Positions 61,721-64,000 of a stretch of DNA of 64,000 nucleotides are shown here, in pieces. Below the pieces are notes generated by a model. That model saw nothing but the letters and a program-made list of their open reading frames with translations, had not been told where the DNA came from and searched no databases. Each line of letters starts with the position of its first letter. The stretch's first letter is position 1. The position numbers and the translations under genes are program-made. Origin of the DNA: Azolla caroliniana (lineage: Eukaryota; Plantae; Polypodiophyta); NCBI GenBank assembly GCA_043228905.1, contig JBHGNT010000001.1, positions 33,232,001-33,296,000 on the forward strand. Direction: 5' to 3'.

Positions 61721-63642
61721 GGTAAAAGGCATTAGAGGACGTCCCTCTCCCTACATAGGCATATGATAGGTAGAGGAGACTAAAAAGTGTTGTAAGTTGT
61801 AACTAATTGGATTTTACATTCAATTAATATAATTGTGTGCTTTTACCAAGAGAGAGATAGAGAGAGAACACCTTGTTTTCCATAATAGTGGGGCATTTGC
61901 TTTTTTACTCAGTAAAATTTCATCTTTAAAAACAACAAGAAATCAACATAGCATTTTGAAACAAGATAGACTTTATCATATTATTTAGTTAAAAGCTCCA
62001 TACCGTCAGAAACTCACCCTTTCTCGAGTGAGAAATTCACATTACCTATCATTTGAGATATAAATTGTATGAAACGATTTAAAACTAATAGTGATTTTGG
62101 TGAGTTTCAAATTTACTTTGAAATTTTCATGGGGTATAATAACTTGAAAGGGTTTATTGCAATGTTAAAATATGTGATTGTTCAACAAACTTTTGTTTAA
62201 GCCCATGGTGGTTGGTTATAGCGTAATGAAGTTCTTTGTAAAAACTATGTTACCCATGATATGGAAATAAAAGAGCAAAATAGTAACTTTTGTCACATCA
62301 ATAACACAACAAAACACCATAAATTGAGATACATGACCAAAACGAGGGAAAAAGGGAGGTCAATGGACCATGATGCACATGAAAGCCTTGAACTAGTGTT
62401 TATCCACAATTCATGGACTTCATTGGGTAATAACTACATGACATTGCGTTTGTGCTTGACATGTAGTCAAAAGTTAAGTTTGTTCTTGCTGTCATTACTC
62501 ATTGTTTAGACACTTTTGTGAAAGGCAAGAAATTTTCGTATGCATGTATTCACACCTTGATGCATAGTTGTGATCTTGTAATGGTCAAACTAAGGGAGCC
62601 CTCATTCTTTGAAAGACATATTGAATTTGGTTGTGTGTAATATAAATTATTATCGTGGAGGTTTCTAGAGAAGCTTGTGGTTGACATCCACTTGCTAATG
62701 GGGCAATGGATGGGTTCGTCGATTCCTTTTATCGAAATTATGTGCATGAAGTATGCCCATCTCCAAATTATTTAATAAATATGAATAAATACACATGTTG
62801 GAATAAGTTATTGTGTTTTTTGGGTGGGAAACCTCAATTTGATGTATAAAACCATAGAAAATAAAGATTGTTGGTGCTCAAAATAAAACATAAATATCCA
62901 TAGAAGGACTTCCATCAATTGGAAACAAACTTAAAAGATTTTGTCTCAAAGATGGCTAGAAGAAATAGAATTAAGCATGAAAATATGGACAAATAGCGGA
63001 ATTGTGAACATACAACACAAGCACTCGACATAGAGTGTTCAATCAGAAGGATGTGTGTTGGTGCTTTGCATTCCGATTTCCTAGAGGTTAATTATCGGGA
63101 GCCCACAAGGGCTTTTTTTATTTATAGATGACAAACCCCTTCCAGTGACATGGCTTAATGGGTTAATGCACAACACGATCTCCCCATCATAATCACACAA
63201 TAAAAATAAAATAAAAAGATCATGATCAGTCTTGCATGTGGGGAGTTAAAAAGGTTATCGCTACCATCTATTGGCACGAACATCTTAGAAATTCGGGGTG
63301 ATGATAAGAAAGCAATGGACAAAAAGAAAGAAAGAGAAAGAAACGAACATCTTCGAAATCCGAAGAAGCGGAGTAGCTTACAATGTAGAAAACTCAAAAA
63401 TGGAATGGGAGAAAGAAAGCAAGGAAATCGTGCAAGGACGGGTACGGTGCGAAGCTCGCCATTTTTGCAAGGGGGGGTGCAGCAAATATAATATGGTGGA
63501 TTTGGAGATTTGATGATGAGATAGATGGAAGGAAAGAAAGACTCTCTCTTTTATCGTAATTAGATTAACCTAGGTGCAAGCGTTAAGCTACTAGCACTAG
63601 CCTCTCTATTACTCCATAGATATCTATCTTAATTCACTAGAT

Positions 63643-63720
63643 GCCAGTGTGGAATGTGGTGGGGTTGAACCCATGACCACTTGGTCTCCGTTCGGCAAAC
63701 TTACCAACTGAGCTACATCC
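63643..63720 (-). mobile_element. tRNA-derived SINE head or tRNA pseudogene with Pol III A and B boxes
   Basis: Minus strand: GGATGTAGCTCAGTTGGTAAG (A box)...GGTCATGGGTTCAACCCCACC (B box/T arm). The anticodon arm and acceptor stem do not pair well, so it is not a functional tRNA. Confidence 0.75.
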
Positions 63721-64000
63721 ATATGGACAACCAATTTTCTCTCTCTCTTTCTCTCTCTCTATCTCTCTCTATCTATAGGGTTGCCCATGGCTTTTGTTTG
63801 TTTTTTGTTTCTTTCATTGGCAATGGGTGTGTGCAAGTGGCACTAGTAGTGGTAGTGTTAGAATCATAGTATGAACCATACGTACCATACGTGTATTCGC
63901 ATCCGAGAATGGTAAACACCCTCGAAGTATGGTAAATACCATACTTTTTGTATTCATTATATATTATCAGGTAAAACATTTTTTTTAAGGTGAAAAATTT

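Noticed and set aside
63643-63720. Functional tRNA gene
   Set aside because: The acceptor and anticodon stems do not pair; only the A and B boxes are retained.

Overview
Eukaryotic, AT-rich land-plant nuclear DNA with spliceosomal GT-AG introns, many microsatellites and decayed transposons. A fern or other non-seed plant is my guess, not established. Manual splicing supports five protein-coding genes: (1) a NIPA-family Mg2+ transporter (+, 2592-7714, 9 exons); (2) an intronless DUF4408/DUF761 'cotton fibre'-type protein (+, 13249-14742); (3) a small chloroplast inner-envelope protein of the At1g42960/At5g16660 type (-, 21937-19248, 5 exons, absent from the ORF track); (4) a RINGLET (RLT1/2)-like DDT/HARE-HTH/WHIM ISWI partner (+, 32317-46480) that appears to lack the N-terminal homeodomain; (5) an RNA polymerase IV largest subunit NRPD1 (+, 50055-59236), with the Pol IV CKYC..YP motif, the DFDGD metal-A site and a C-terminal DeCL domain. 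NRPD1 also has an unusual linker of four ~21-aa tandem repeats and two PPGF motifs. Non-coding DNA includes one LINE family found only in introns, an L1-type zf-RVT remnant, a hAT-like MITE with TIRs and an 8-bp TSD, a tRNA-derived SINE head and many local tandem duplications. Exon coordinates were read by eye and may be off by a few bases.
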